A DNA stretch of 64,000 nucleotides from contig JBAZCR010000004.1 in NCBI GenBank assembly GCA_041654895.1, positions 1,188 through 65,187 on the forward strand. The letters run 5' to 3'. The DNA is from Candidatus Pacearchaeota archaeon (GTDB lineage Archaea; Nanobdellota; Nanobdellia; Pacearchaeales; GW2011-AR1). Positions 9,092 to 18,327 of this stretch are shown here, piece by piece. The notes below the pieces were generated by a model, which ran no database searches, had not been told where the DNA came from, and saw nothing but the letters and a program-made list of their open reading frames with translations. Both the position numbers and the translations under genes were made by a program. Numbering within the stretch: the stretch's first letter is position 1; every line of letters begins with the position of its first letter.

Positions 9092-9366
9092 TATAAACTC
9101 CTTTCAAACACCAAACGGGTCTTGTTCATTATATATTTTTTCAATATCTTCTTTTGGAATGGTTTTAACTTTATCTTGCTCTGTTCAATACCAATTGGAG
9201 AAAAATCTGTTCCATCAAATATTGATGCAAGAATAGCTGGAGAGAATCCAGAAACCAATGCAACATTATTCTTTAATGCAGTTTCAGGAGAACCTGTTTT
9301 AGAGAAGAGTTCTATTGCGTGATTTTTTGAATGTTCGTGTTGAGTAGTGCCTTCGTGAGTATACAT
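9091..9366 (-). CDS. hypothetical protein
   Basis: GGAGG RBS. Confidence 0.45.
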   Translation of the reverse strand: MYTHEGTTQHEHSKNHAIELFSKTGSPETALKNNVALVSGFSPAILASIFDGTDFSPIGIEQSKIKLKPFQKKILKKYIMNKTRLVFERSL

Positions 9367-9441
9367 AATAAACCTCCATAATTTTTAATTCTCAATGTCA
9401 CGTATATAATATAATAAATCTATATAAAAAACAAGTCTTTT

Positions 9442-9648
9442 TTATTTATTTTTATAATATTGCAAAACTGCTTTTTCGAAATTTGGAATTTTTTTATTAT
9501 CATAAAAAGGATCATTTTCTGTTCCTGTTATTTTATCATAAAGTTCTTTATTAATTCCGTTTAATACAATCATCATTGCTTGACCTTTTCTAAGATCAAA
9601 TCTACGTCTACGTATTAGTTCTTTCGAAGCATCTCGAATATCTAACAA
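9442..9648 (-). CDS. hypothetical protein
   Basis: ORF only; TTG start in the track. Confidence 0.35.
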   Translation of the reverse strand: MLDIRDASKELIRRRRFDLRKGQAMMIVLNGINKELYDKITGTENDPFYDNKKIPNFEKAVLQYYKNK

Positions 9649-9668
9649 TACCGTAGATATATCTATAT

Positions 9669-10043
9669 TTATGATTTTTGTATAATCCGCATCAACCGAG
9701 ATACATAAGCCACCGCATCAGCCGCATCATTCACACGAGCCGGATCAGCAGCACAAACTGCATAAGCCGCCACTTCACGTGCCGCATCAGCAGCCGCATC
9801 AGCAGCCGCATCAACAGCCGCACGAGCCGTCGCATCGTCTTTATTCAATAAATATTCTCGCGCTGTTTTGATTGCATCTCGTGGACGTTTATCTTCCGGA
9901 AACTCTTTTTCAAAAATGTCAATCGCCGAATCGGCGATCGCCAATTTGGTGACAAAAATAGCAGTATCAAGGTTTACATCTTTGGTTTCCATCTCATTTT
10001 CAAAAAGACTTGTTTTTTCTGTTAAATATTTAATATAAGACAT
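9669..10043 (-). CDS. Ala/Asp-rich helical protein, Imm-5-like; inverted paralog of 1948..2256
   Basis: Protein nearly identical to 1948..2256 over about 100 aa; same GC-rich DNA on the opposite strand; AGGAG RBS. Confidence 0.5.
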   Translation of the reverse strand: MSYIKYLTEKTSLFENEMETKDVNLDTAIFVTKLAIADSAIDIFEKEFPEDKRPRDAIKTAREYLLNKDDATARAAVDAAADAAADAAREVAAYAVCAADPARVNDAADAVAYVSRLMRIIQKS

Positions 10044-10198
10044 TTAGATTCTCCTAATATTTATATTTTATTTTTAATAAAGTGTAAGACATTAATAATT
10101 TCTGATTTATTGATAAAACCATCATTAATGTCTTTAATAACTTTATTAATATCATCTTTAGAATATAGTTACAAAAAGTATTGAAAAATGTGAAATAT

Positions 10199-11248
10199 TC
10201 ATTTTACATTTTCTTTCGTGGTAGAGGGACTATAAACTCCTCGATGTAGTATATTAACTGAGGCATTAAAGTCTGCATCAGTTTTATATCCACAATTTAG
10301 ACACAAGAATTTTTCGTTTGAGCGATTATTCCTATGAACAAATCCACATTTACTACAGGTCTGTGATGTATATGCAGGATTTACCGTAAGGTAATTAACT
10401 GCATTTTCTTCACAGTGATGTAATAGTTTATTCAAAACCTTTGAATAAGACCATCTTTGTAATTTATTATTGAATTTTTTATTTATTTTACCTTTAGATT
10501 TATGTTTAACATTTTTTAAATCTTCGACGACAATAGTTTTTATGTTGTCAATATCAAGTTTATTTACGGATTCATTTATTTTATTATCTCTTTCTATAAG
10601 GGTTCTTTTGAATCTTTTACTTCCTTGTTTCTTTCTTGATATCTTTTCATAAACTTTTTCAAGACCTGTATCATAAACTTTATTCTCTGAGGATATTAGT
10701 AACTTTTTATATCCACAATCCAAACCAATATCTTTTCCCTCTGTTTTTGTTTCTGGAGATTCCTTTTCAAAGTAAAAATCAACATAATAATTATCCTCAA
10801 ACTTCCTCAATCTTATTGATTTCTTTAAGGACCAATCATTGTATTTGTGATAATGTTTATGTTTCTTTGAAGGTAACTTTAAGGATATTTTGTTGCCTAT
10901 TGAGGATAACTTAACCCAAACATCAAAACTGTTATTGTTAAATTGAATATCAACAAACCTCGAATCAAGATTTATAACATCCGATTTAAATATAGGCATT
11001 GTCTTTTTCTTCTTCTTTCTTTGTGACTTTACTATCTCCAATGCCTGTTTACCCAGACATTGTTGCATCCTTGAGGATAACCACGTCTCAACCTTAAAAT
11101 CAACAAACTTAGATACAAAATTCTTCCGTTTCCATAATGACTCTATATAAAGATTAACTACTCTTCTTGATTCCTCAAATACAGAATCAAGAGATTCTAA
11201 TTTACCTCTATTACCGTAAGATATATTCATTTGACTTCTACGTATCAT
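10199..11248 (-). CDS. tnpB: TnpB-like RuvC nuclease (compact, about 350 aa), no adjacent TnpA
   Basis: RuvC-I GLDCGYKK, VVEDLKNV, zinc ribbon CSKCG...CLNCG, DADFNASVNIL; first ATG at 11248 (track TTG at 11275). Confidence 0.8.
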   Translation of the reverse strand: MIRRSQMNISYGNRGKLESLDSVFEESRRVVNLYIESLWKRKNFVSKFVDFKVETWLSSRMQQCLGKQALEIVKSQRKKKKKTMPIFKSDVINLDSRFVDIQFNNNSFDVWVKLSSIGNKISLKLPSKKHKHYHKYNDWSLKKSIRLRKFEDNYYVDFYFEKESPETKTEGKDIGLDCGYKKLLISSENKVYDTGLEKVYEKISRKKQGSKRFKRTLIERDNKINESVNKLDIDNIKTIVVEDLKNVKHKSKGKINKKFNNKLQRWSYSKVLNKLLHHCEENAVNYLTVNPAYTSQTCSKCGFVHRNNRSNEKFLCLNCGYKTDADFNASVNILHRGVYSPSTTKENVK

Positions 11249-11460
11249 TATGTCATCCAAATAAAAAAAGGTCAATTAAAGAGATAACGGTGAGCAACGA
11301 TACTCGACTCTTTAATGACCTATAATATTCTTCTTCATTTTCGTTGATGGGACCGTTATATCCCTCAATTGTATTTATATATTGTCTATTCATAATTACC
11401 AAACTTTTTAAATTATTTTAACATATTCTTTACATATTTTTCAATAAATATTTAAATCTT

Positions 11461-11586
11461 TATAATACTATTTTTACATCCTTTAAGTATTCATTTCTTG
11501 CAGTATTTAGAATTTTTCTTGCTTCCGAAATAGTTATTTCGTCAGGGTCATCTTCTAAATCATCTAGATATTCTAAAAAACTCATA
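11461..11586 (-). CDS. small acidic hypothetical protein (41 aa)
   Basis: Hand-translated; GAGGTG RBS. Confidence 0.35.
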
Positions 11587-11596
11587 GCATCACCTC

Positions 11597-12055
11597 TTAG
11601 ATAATTTCTTCCATTTCTTTTATTGTAGGAAGAATATTTTTAATTGCTGTTTCTACTTTCCAAGCAAGTTCTACTATTTTAGCATCTTCGTGTTCTGATA
11701 ATCCATCTGCCCATTTAGCAACTTCTTGTGCCATTGTATAATGCTTTGCCCAATCTGGGTCAACATCCATTGCCTCTGTTGCATCTACGTCATCCGTTTC
11801 TTCATCTTCAACATCTTCTTCTTCATCTTCAACATCTTCTTCTTCATCTTCAACATCTTCCGACATATATTTAGATGCTGATTCAATCATGTGTTTTGTT
11901 GCAACAGTATGTGGATTTAACATATCAAAAGCTTCTCCCTCAGTGATACAAAGATCATTTGCAAGTCTAGTTGTAGCTTGAGATAAATTAATAGATTTTT
12001 CTTGAACAAGAGAAACATAGTAATTCAAATATTCTGTTTTCTTTTTGTCATTCAT
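11597..12055 (-). CDS. acidic repeat protein
   Basis: EDVEDEE x3, encoded by a 21-bp tandem repeat at 11801-11863; AAGGAG RBS. Confidence 0.55.
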   Translation of the reverse strand: MNDKKKTEYLNYYVSLVQEKSINLSQATTRLANDLCITEGEAFDMLNPHTVATKHMIESASKYMSEDVEDEEEDVEDEEEDVEDEETDDVDATEAMDVDPDWAKHYTMAQEVAKWADGLSEHEDAKIVELAWKVETAIKNILPTIKEMEEII

Positions 12056-12392
12056 CGTTATTCTCCTTTTTATTTTTACGAGGTCTTCCTCTTCTATGTG
12101 TTACTTTAGGTTTTACATCTTCAATTTCCTCGGAAACTTTTTCTTCAATGATTTCTTCTTTTACATCTTCAATTTCCTCGGAAACTTTTTCTTCAATGAT
12201 TTCTTCTTTTACATCTTCAATTTCCTCGGAAACTTTTTCTTCAATGATTTCTTCTTTTACATCTTCAATTGGTTTTACTTTTTTATAATTTCTATCAACA
12301 ATACCCAATCTTTTTTTAAGAATTTCTAATTTATCAGAACTCATCCCTTTGTTTTTATAGTGATTAAATATTTTCATATTTTTTTTATTCAT
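12048..12392 (-). CDS. repeat protein with basic GRP (AT-hook-like) C-terminus
   Basis: 16-aa unit EEIIEEKVSEEIEDVK x3.4; C-terminal HRRGRPRKNKK. Confidence 0.55.
   Translation of the reverse strand: MNKKNMKIFNHYKNKGMSSDKLEILKKRLGIVDRNYKKVKPIEDVKEEIIEEKVSEEIEDVKEEIIEEKVSEEIEDVKEEIIEEKVSEEIEDVKPKVTHRRGRPRKNKKENNDE
12111..12272. repeat. 48-bp tandem repeat, 3 full copies plus a partial one
   Basis: Identical units at 12111, 12159 and 12207, partial from 12255. Confidence 0.9.
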
Positions 12393-12405
12393 TACAACTC
12401 CTTTT

Positions 12406-13671
12406 TTAATATCTACCCATTCCTAAAATAGCATTTACTGGAGCAAATGTACCAGTAAGTTTATATACTTTATTTCCGAACATAAAAGTAATACCTTCTG
12501 TCGGAACTATATTCTCTAATCCACCTATTTGTTCTAATCTATTTAGTTCATATTCTAATTTATCTATATCTTTTTGTGATAGATCATCTCTATCCTTTAA
12601 TGTATTTATATGTTTTGATAAATTATCCTTAATTCTTTTAAGTGATTTATCAGGATTTAATGCTAAAAACTGTTTCATATTTTTCAATATAGTAACACCT
12701 AAGTCAAGAAATAATAATTCAAAAGGTTTAACTGAAGTTTTTTGCATAGACGCTAATTTATTTTTATCAAAGTTATCCATCCAAACAACAAACTCATTTG
12801 AATCTATTAATTCTTTAATCATAGAAATAGTTATAGATTTTTTATTTTCTGACCATCTATCTACTAATAATTGTAATGCTTCATCTGACAATTTCGTCTC
12901 AAACTCAGATGCAATTTTAGTAATATAATTTCTCCACCATTCTTTTTTATAATCTAATAATGTATTGGTATCTGATAAATCATACTTATTTAATACCCTA
13001 TTAATTTTATTAAAAAATTTATCTTGTTGTTCTTTAAAATCTACTATCTTTAATCCTTGGATATCGTGTGGAGGTCTTAATCTAAAATGTGATTGAACTG
13101 CATTATTAGTTTCTTGAATTATTTTAAACATTTCTCTTGCAGAATCTTTATCTTCTCCAATAGCATTTCCATCCATATCATATTCAATTACTCCGTGTGG
13201 GACTAACAATGATGCATCGTAAGGTATTACATTTTCTGTTTGTGGATAAATTACCTCAACAGACATAAATTTCTTACCATCTTCAAATATATTATTTACT
13301 GTTTCATCAGGCAATGCCCCAATAGCAGATTGTAAATCTTTAAATGCGTATGTAAACGCATCTTGTATTTCACCTCTACCATCAAACATTTTAGTGATTC
13401 CATCTAAATCTAAAGAATTTGCTCCTTGATTTTTAATATGACCTTTATTTCTAGCAGCTCTTAGTTTACCATTTTTCCAAGTAATCATAATATTTTGACC
13501 ATCGGTTTTTTCTTGTGTGGTTTTAAGATCGCCTGTTAGTGTTTTTGTTATCATCTCTTTCATCTCACCAAAGGTTAAATCATTATCCTCAAATGGATGT
13601 AACAAATGACCATATCCTCCACCCTCAACCAATAAAGAATCTTCAATATGATAGTATTCATAAAATTTCAT
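12406..13671 (-). CDS. putative ligase-like nucleotidyltransferase
   Basis: EKTDGQN fits the covalent nucleotidyltransferase motif I (KxDG); the rest is unassigned. Confidence 0.4.
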   Translation of the reverse strand: MKFYEYYHIEDSLLVEGGGYGHLLHPFEDNDLTFGEMKEMITKTLTGDLKTTQEKTDGQNIMITWKNGKLRAARNKGHIKNQGANSLDLDGITKMFDGRGEIQDAFTYAFKDLQSAIGALPDETVNNIFEDGKKFMSVEVIYPQTENVIPYDASLLVPHGVIEYDMDGNAIGEDKDSAREMFKIIQETNNAVQSHFRLRPPHDIQGLKIVDFKEQQDKFFNKINRVLNKYDLSDTNTLLDYKKEWWRNYITKIASEFETKLSDEALQLLVDRWSENKKSITISMIKELIDSNEFVVWMDNFDKNKLASMQKTSVKPFELLFLDLGVTILKNMKQFLALNPDKSLKRIKDNLSKHINTLKDRDDLSQKDIDKLEYELNRLEQIGGLENIVPTEGITFMFGNKVYKLTGTFAPVNAILGMGRY

Positions 13672-13685
13672 AATATAATCTCGCT

Positions 13686-14300
13686 TTAAAATTTATCTGT
13701 TATTAATTCAAATATTTCTTTGTTTAATTTTTTATATAAAGTAATAAATAATCTTTTTTGTTCTTCTTCATTACCCGATCTAAAAACTTCTCTTACTAAA
13801 GTACCACTAATTTTTTCATCTCCATAATAATTCGTATTTGGTGGTGTAACGAAAACATATCCACCATCAGCATATCCAACTTTATCTTCAATATTATCTT
13901 CATCATAATCAGAAAAATATTTTCCTTTAGTTAATCTATCAGCATCTTTCTCTCCAACAGCAGTTATATAAACAGTATTTTCATCAAAATTTTCAAGTAT
14001 CTCTACGGGTGCATATGGATTTTTAATTTTAATTACTTTATCTTCATCAACATCAAACATCGTAGTAATTATTTTCTTTTTTTCTTCAAAATTAAAAGGT
14101 GATTTTTCTGGTTCTACTTTATCGGATGTTGCTATTACGACATTATTAACTCCAAATTCATTAACAAGATTTCTATATGTTTCATAATGATTTATATGAA
14201 ATGGTTGAAACCTACCAGGATACACAACTATATAATTTTTATTGGATGTTCTAATAGATTCTAATAAAACTTTTTCTTTTTTGTATTGAATAAATGACAT
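13686..14300 (-). CDS. nicotinamide/nicotinate mononucleotide adenylyltransferase-like
   Basis: GRFQPFHINH (HxGH-type) and ISGTLVR (SxTxxR-type) motifs. Confidence 0.7.
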   Translation of the reverse strand: MSFIQYKKEKVLLESIRTSNKNYIVVYPGRFQPFHINHYETYRNLVNEFGVNNVVIATSDKVEPEKSPFNFEEKKKIITTMFDVDEDKVIKIKNPYAPVEILENFDENTVYITAVGEKDADRLTKGKYFSDYDEDNIEDKVGYADGGYVFVTPPNTNYYGDEKISGTLVREVFRSGNEEEQKRLFITLYKKLNKEIFELITDKF

Positions 14301-14320
14301 TTATTATCCTTTAAATTATG

Positions 14321-15829
14321 TTATTCTTCTGTTTCTTCATCTTCATAATCTGGAACTAACATAAACTCTTCATCTTCAAAATCAATTCCAAAAATTTCTT
14401 CTAATTTTTTCCCAACTTCATCGGTTATTATTATATCATATTCAACAGCATCATCTTCCATTTTTATTTTAACTACTGAAAAATGCAAATCTCTTTCATC
14501 ATCTTCGATTTTCAATTTTAATTTAATACCCTCTTCGATATTTAAATTAAATTTCTTTTTCAATGTATCTAATTCTGTATTTGTATATTTTTTAACAAAA
14601 GATAGATGTTGTTTTATTTTTTCTTCATCTAACAATTCATCTTTTTCATTTTCTTTTAGTAACGATACATATCTACTAAAAGATATAGACTCTAATTTTT
14701 TAGGTGACATAATATTTATAATTTTTTCCCAATCTACTGATGTAATAGGAATTTTTTTATATTTATCTTCTACCTTATCGGTTTTAATATCACCCATATC
14801 TTTTTTTATTTTTTCTCTCGTATCTAAACTCAATGACAATAAATCGTCAAGAGAGATAGAATCTTGCCATTCTACTTTATATGAATGTCCTAAATATTCA
14901 GTATCTATTCCAGCATCCAATGCTTTTTCAAAAGAAGATTCACCATCGAATACTATTAAATAATTATCTAATGATTCATCCCTATCTTCTGCCACATATT
15001 CCAAAACAAAAACTCTATCAAATTCTTTACCTTTAAAAGTAAACATCATACCATCAAAGTCTTTATGTAGATTAAATTCTTCTCCTCTAGTCTTTGCATT
15101 TGCATTTAATTTTTGTATAAAATCGTGATATTGAGGTTCCGAAATAATTTGATATCCAAATGATTGTTTTGTTTTCAATTCAATTTTTTTTGTTGGTGAT
15201 TTCTTTTTAGGAATATCTCTTCCCATACGTGAATATGTTTTTCTTTGTCTTACAAATTCTTTAAATGGCATACCGTGTACATCTTTATAATAATTTTCTG
15301 CTGTTTTACTAATACCTATAAATGGAGCAGTCTTACCATCTTCGGTATATAAATCAATTAAAAATATTTTACCCCATCCACCAGTAATTAAATCAAGTTC
15401 AAAAACAGTAATAACATCGTTCTGTGTTAAAGGAACTAAATCATTTTTATCTAATGTTTTAATTTCTACTATCTTATCTTTTAATCTTTCAAAATCATTT
15501 TCATCACCTTTGTATATTGCTCTTGTAACTCTTTTAGGGTATGGTTTTGCCTCATCTTTTAATGCTTTATTATTAATTAAGTTATTAGATAAATCTTGTG
15601 AGATATTCTGATAGGCATATTCATCTACTTCTCTTAATTCTTTTATATCATTAGATTTCCAATTAATAGGTCTAGAATCCAATGCCTGTTTAATCTTTCT
15701 ACCAGCCAATTTTGTAGCCTTAGACATTGCACCCTTAATAACACCACCCAACCATCTATCAAATGGATGACTTTCATTCAAACCGATAAGGTCTGGATCA
15801 TTCTCATAATAATAATTTTCAAATCTCAT
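14321..15829 (-). CDS. hypothetical protein (502 aa), acidic C-terminus
   Basis: Long ORF with AGGAG RBS; no motif recognised. Confidence 0.6.
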   Translation of the reverse strand: MRFENYYYENDPDLIGLNESHPFDRWLGGVIKGAMSKATKLAGRKIKQALDSRPINWKSNDIKELREVDEYAYQNISQDLSNNLINNKALKDEAKPYPKRVTRAIYKGDENDFERLKDKIVEIKTLDKNDLVPLTQNDVITVFELDLITGGWGKIFLIDLYTEDGKTAPFIGISKTAENYYKDVHGMPFKEFVRQRKTYSRMGRDIPKKKSPTKKIELKTKQSFGYQIISEPQYHDFIQKLNANAKTRGEEFNLHKDFDGMMFTFKGKEFDRVFVLEYVAEDRDESLDNYLIVFDGESSFEKALDAGIDTEYLGHSYKVEWQDSISLDDLLSLSLDTREKIKKDMGDIKTDKVEDKYKKIPITSVDWEKIINIMSPKKLESISFSRYVSLLKENEKDELLDEEKIKQHLSFVKKYTNTELDTLKKKFNLNIEEGIKLKLKIEDDERDLHFSVVKIKMEDDAVEYDIIITDEVGKKLEEIFGIDFEDEEFMLVPDYEDEETEE

Positions 15830-15880
15830 TATATTCTCCTAGTTATAAATACCAATTTAATAATAGTATTTATAAATTTA

Positions 15881-16456
15881 TTATCTTTTCCCTACTTTCC
15901 ATCTATTAATAAGTTTTATAATTTTATCAGTATATGTTACATATATTCTTCCTCTACCTTGAAGATCGTCTGCAATTACACCACTAATCCCACATTTATA
16001 TAAAAATTCAGAAGTTTCTCTATCAGAGTCAAATATTGCAGTTAAAAAAGCATATAAGCTTTCTATTGACCACCTATCACCATAATCTTCATAGTCTTGT
16101 TCTATTTCATCAGCATCATCTTCATATTCAAGACTTCTTAGTTTTCTTATCACACAATCATATATATCAGGAGGTGTTTCTTGTTCCCACTCATAAAAAT
16201 TATCCAATTCAAATAATCGAACTTGATATATATTTAATCCTGTTTGTTTTTTATCACCAATAGAACCATCTATTGCATAATAATTTGCTAATTCTTCGGA
16301 GTCTGTAAAATATAAACCAAATCCAAATTTACTTAATCCATCCCCAGTTCCAACTTTGTCTATATCAAAAGTATCAAAATCATACGGAGAACCGTGATAA
16401 AATTCATTAACAGTTTTCGATTCCATAATTATATTTAAATGATCTAATATTGACAT
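15881..16456 (-). CDS. hypothetical protein (possible H-Y-E ADP-ribosyltransferase-like fold)
   Basis: FYHGSP...GFGLYFTDS pattern; weak, from memory. Confidence 0.35.
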   Translation of the reverse strand: MSILDHLNIIMESKTVNEFYHGSPYDFDTFDIDKVGTGDGLSKFGFGLYFTDSEELANYYAIDGSIGDKKQTGLNIYQVRLFELDNFYEWEQETPPDIYDCVIRKLRSLEYEDDADEIEQDYEDYGDRWSIESLYAFLTAIFDSDRETSEFLYKCGISGVIADDLQGRGRIYVTYTDKIIKLINRWKVGKR

Positions 16457-16506
16457 CCACCCTCCTTCTATGTATTTATATAAAAAAAGGAGAGTAAAAC
16501 TCTCCT

Positions 16507-17094
16507 TTAATTATTTTCTAATTCAACATTCCAATAAATATAACTTCTCCATTTTTCATTACTCATTATCAATGGAATAGTTTTCAATCTTTTTATACAT
16601 CCACTCAAGTAATCATCCGAAAAAGCAGGAGCTACTGGTTTATTGATTAATGTCAAATTAGCTTCAGCCGGTGTTTTGTTTCCTTTTTTACTATTACATT
16701 TAACACAAGAACACACAATGTTAGTCCAAGAAGTAGAACCTCCTCTTGATTTTGGTATTACGTGATCAAGAGTCATTGTTTTCATAGTAAGAGTTTTACC
16801 ACAAAACTGACATATTCCATTATCTCTTACATAGATATTTCTTCTTGTGAACGGTTGATAGAATCTCATATTTTTTTTAGGTATAACAAAATGCAACAAT
16901 CTAACAACCGCAGGCATTTCCATAACTGTTTTCCAAGTATTTAAATGCCTGTCAAATCCGGCGTGAAGAATTTTATCTTCATATGTTTCGATTATTTCAA
17001 CCTTCCCATTGTACCAGTCACATATAGCTTCTTGCCAAGTATAAATTCCAATAGGAGCATATCCAGAATTCAATTTTAATACGCAAGCCATCAT
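16507..17094 (-). CDS. HNH endonuclease
   Basis: CQFCG...LDHVIPKSRGG...WTNIV..C..CNSKKGNK; ATG pair after GGAG (track TTG start is 17166). Confidence 0.8.
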   Translation of the reverse strand: MMACVLKLNSGYAPIGIYTWQEAICDWYNGKVEIIETYEDKILHAGFDRHLNTWKTVMEMPAVVRLLHFVIPKKNMRFYQPFTRRNIYVRDNGICQFCGKTLTMKTMTLDHVIPKSRGGSTSWTNIVCSCVKCNSKKGNKTPAEANLTLINKPVAPAFSDDYLSGCIKRLKTIPLIMSNEKWRSYIYWNVELENN

Positions 17095-17175
17095 TTCTCC
17101 AATTTTAATAGAAGAATAGATATTTTTTAATTGTCGTGTGTTGTACCCTAAATAGGTGTACAACACACATAAAAA

Positions 17176-17649
17176 TTATTTTTGTTTAATTTCTATTTTT
17201 TTCTTCTGAGTCTCTTCTTTAAATGGAATCACAATATGAAGTAATCCCCTTTCAAGTTCAGCATTAATAGATTCTAAATCACATTTAGTTGTATTAATTT
17301 TCCAAGAAAAATCGAAAGATTTATGAGTAATTCCATTTAAGATATATGATTTTTCATCAGTATCTTCTTTTGGTTTCTTGTTGTCATACAAAACTCTCAA
17401 GATATCATCTTTAATTGTAATATCAATATCTTTAATATCAATATTAACAGCAGCTATATCTATACATAATGAATCTTCATTTAACATATATAGATCAACT
17501 GGATATCCTAAATCTTTCTTTTTAGGAAAACAAAATGTTTCATCAAATGCTCTTTTAAACATTAAGTCTGAAAATGGATCAAAAAAAGAATTAAACGAAT
17601 CAACTGTAATTGGACCTGTACTTTTTGTTGTTACTCCATAAGTAAACAT
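17176..17649 (-). CDS. small heat-shock protein (Hsp20/alpha-crystallin family)
   Basis: alpha-crystallin-like core ending AELERGLLHIVIP; AGGAGG RBS. Confidence 0.65.
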   Translation of the reverse strand: MFTYGVTTKSTGPITVDSFNSFFDPFSDLMFKRAFDETFCFPKKKDLGYPVDLYMLNEDSLCIDIAAVNIDIKDIDITIKDDILRVLYDNKKPKEDTDEKSYILNGITHKSFDFSWKINTTKCDLESINAELERGLLHIVIPFKEETQKKKIEIKQK

Positions 17650-17764
17650 ATAAAACCTCCTTTAGATGGTTAAATTGGAGCCCTTACGGTGCTCCGTGAA
17701 TAATTTAAAAATAATACTAAAATATCTACTCTTCTAAGATGTAGCGTTTTACATATTTATATTT

Positions 17765-18088
17765 TTAGTTAGTAGAATCGATTGCAATAATATCTCTTTC
17801 TACTATAATAAAATAGTCTTTTCCTTTGTATTTAATAGGAATAGCAGCTGCTCTATTATAGATTACTGTATCTCCTACCTTCGCTTCCAAGACTGTTCTT
17901 TTAATTCGTGTATTATCGGGATTTGGATCGGTAATAGGAAAACCTTCACCAATATCAACAATTCTTCCAGATATATACGGTTTTTCATCCGTAGATCGGA
18001 TTGAGGTTATAATACCAGATTCAGATACTTCTTCCTGTTCATCAATAGGTTGAACAAAAAATTTACCAATGAAAGGTTTCAAACTCAT
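17765..18088 (-). CDS. groES: GroES-like co-chaperonin
   Basis: About 107 aa; LKPF..K..V, ESGII, GDTVIY pattern; ATG at 18088 after AAGGAG. Confidence 0.65.
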   Translation of the reverse strand: MSLKPFIGKFFVQPIDEQEEVSESGIITSIRSTDEKPYISGRIVDIGEGFPITDPNPDNTRIKRTVLEAKVGDTVIYNRAAAIPIKYKGKDYFIIVERDIIAIDSTN

Positions 18089-18327
18089 AATCAAACTCCT
18101 TTTTTAAGTTAAACAGATTTACGTTTACATTCTACTTTAGTTTTTGGAACTAAAAATTTTGCTTCTTCTGGATCTTCTGTTGTTTCATCATCTTCTCCAA
18201 GTTCATCTAAAAAAAATAATATGTAATTTTTTCTTTACTCCACATTTTGTATTTATAGTTCTAATAACTTCATAATTATCATCATAATCTTTTCTATTAC
18301 ATATTATTCCATCAACAGTTAGATATT

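Noticed and set aside
12045-12329. 94-aa Phe-rich + strand ORF
   Set aside because: It is the antisense frame of the 48-bp tandem coding repeat.
17650-17764. GC-rich hairpin GGAGCCCTTACGGTGCTCC between GroES and Hsp20 as a terminator
   Set aside because: It has no adjacent U-run in the transcribed (minus) direction. It may be a processing or attenuation hairpin, but the support is insufficient.
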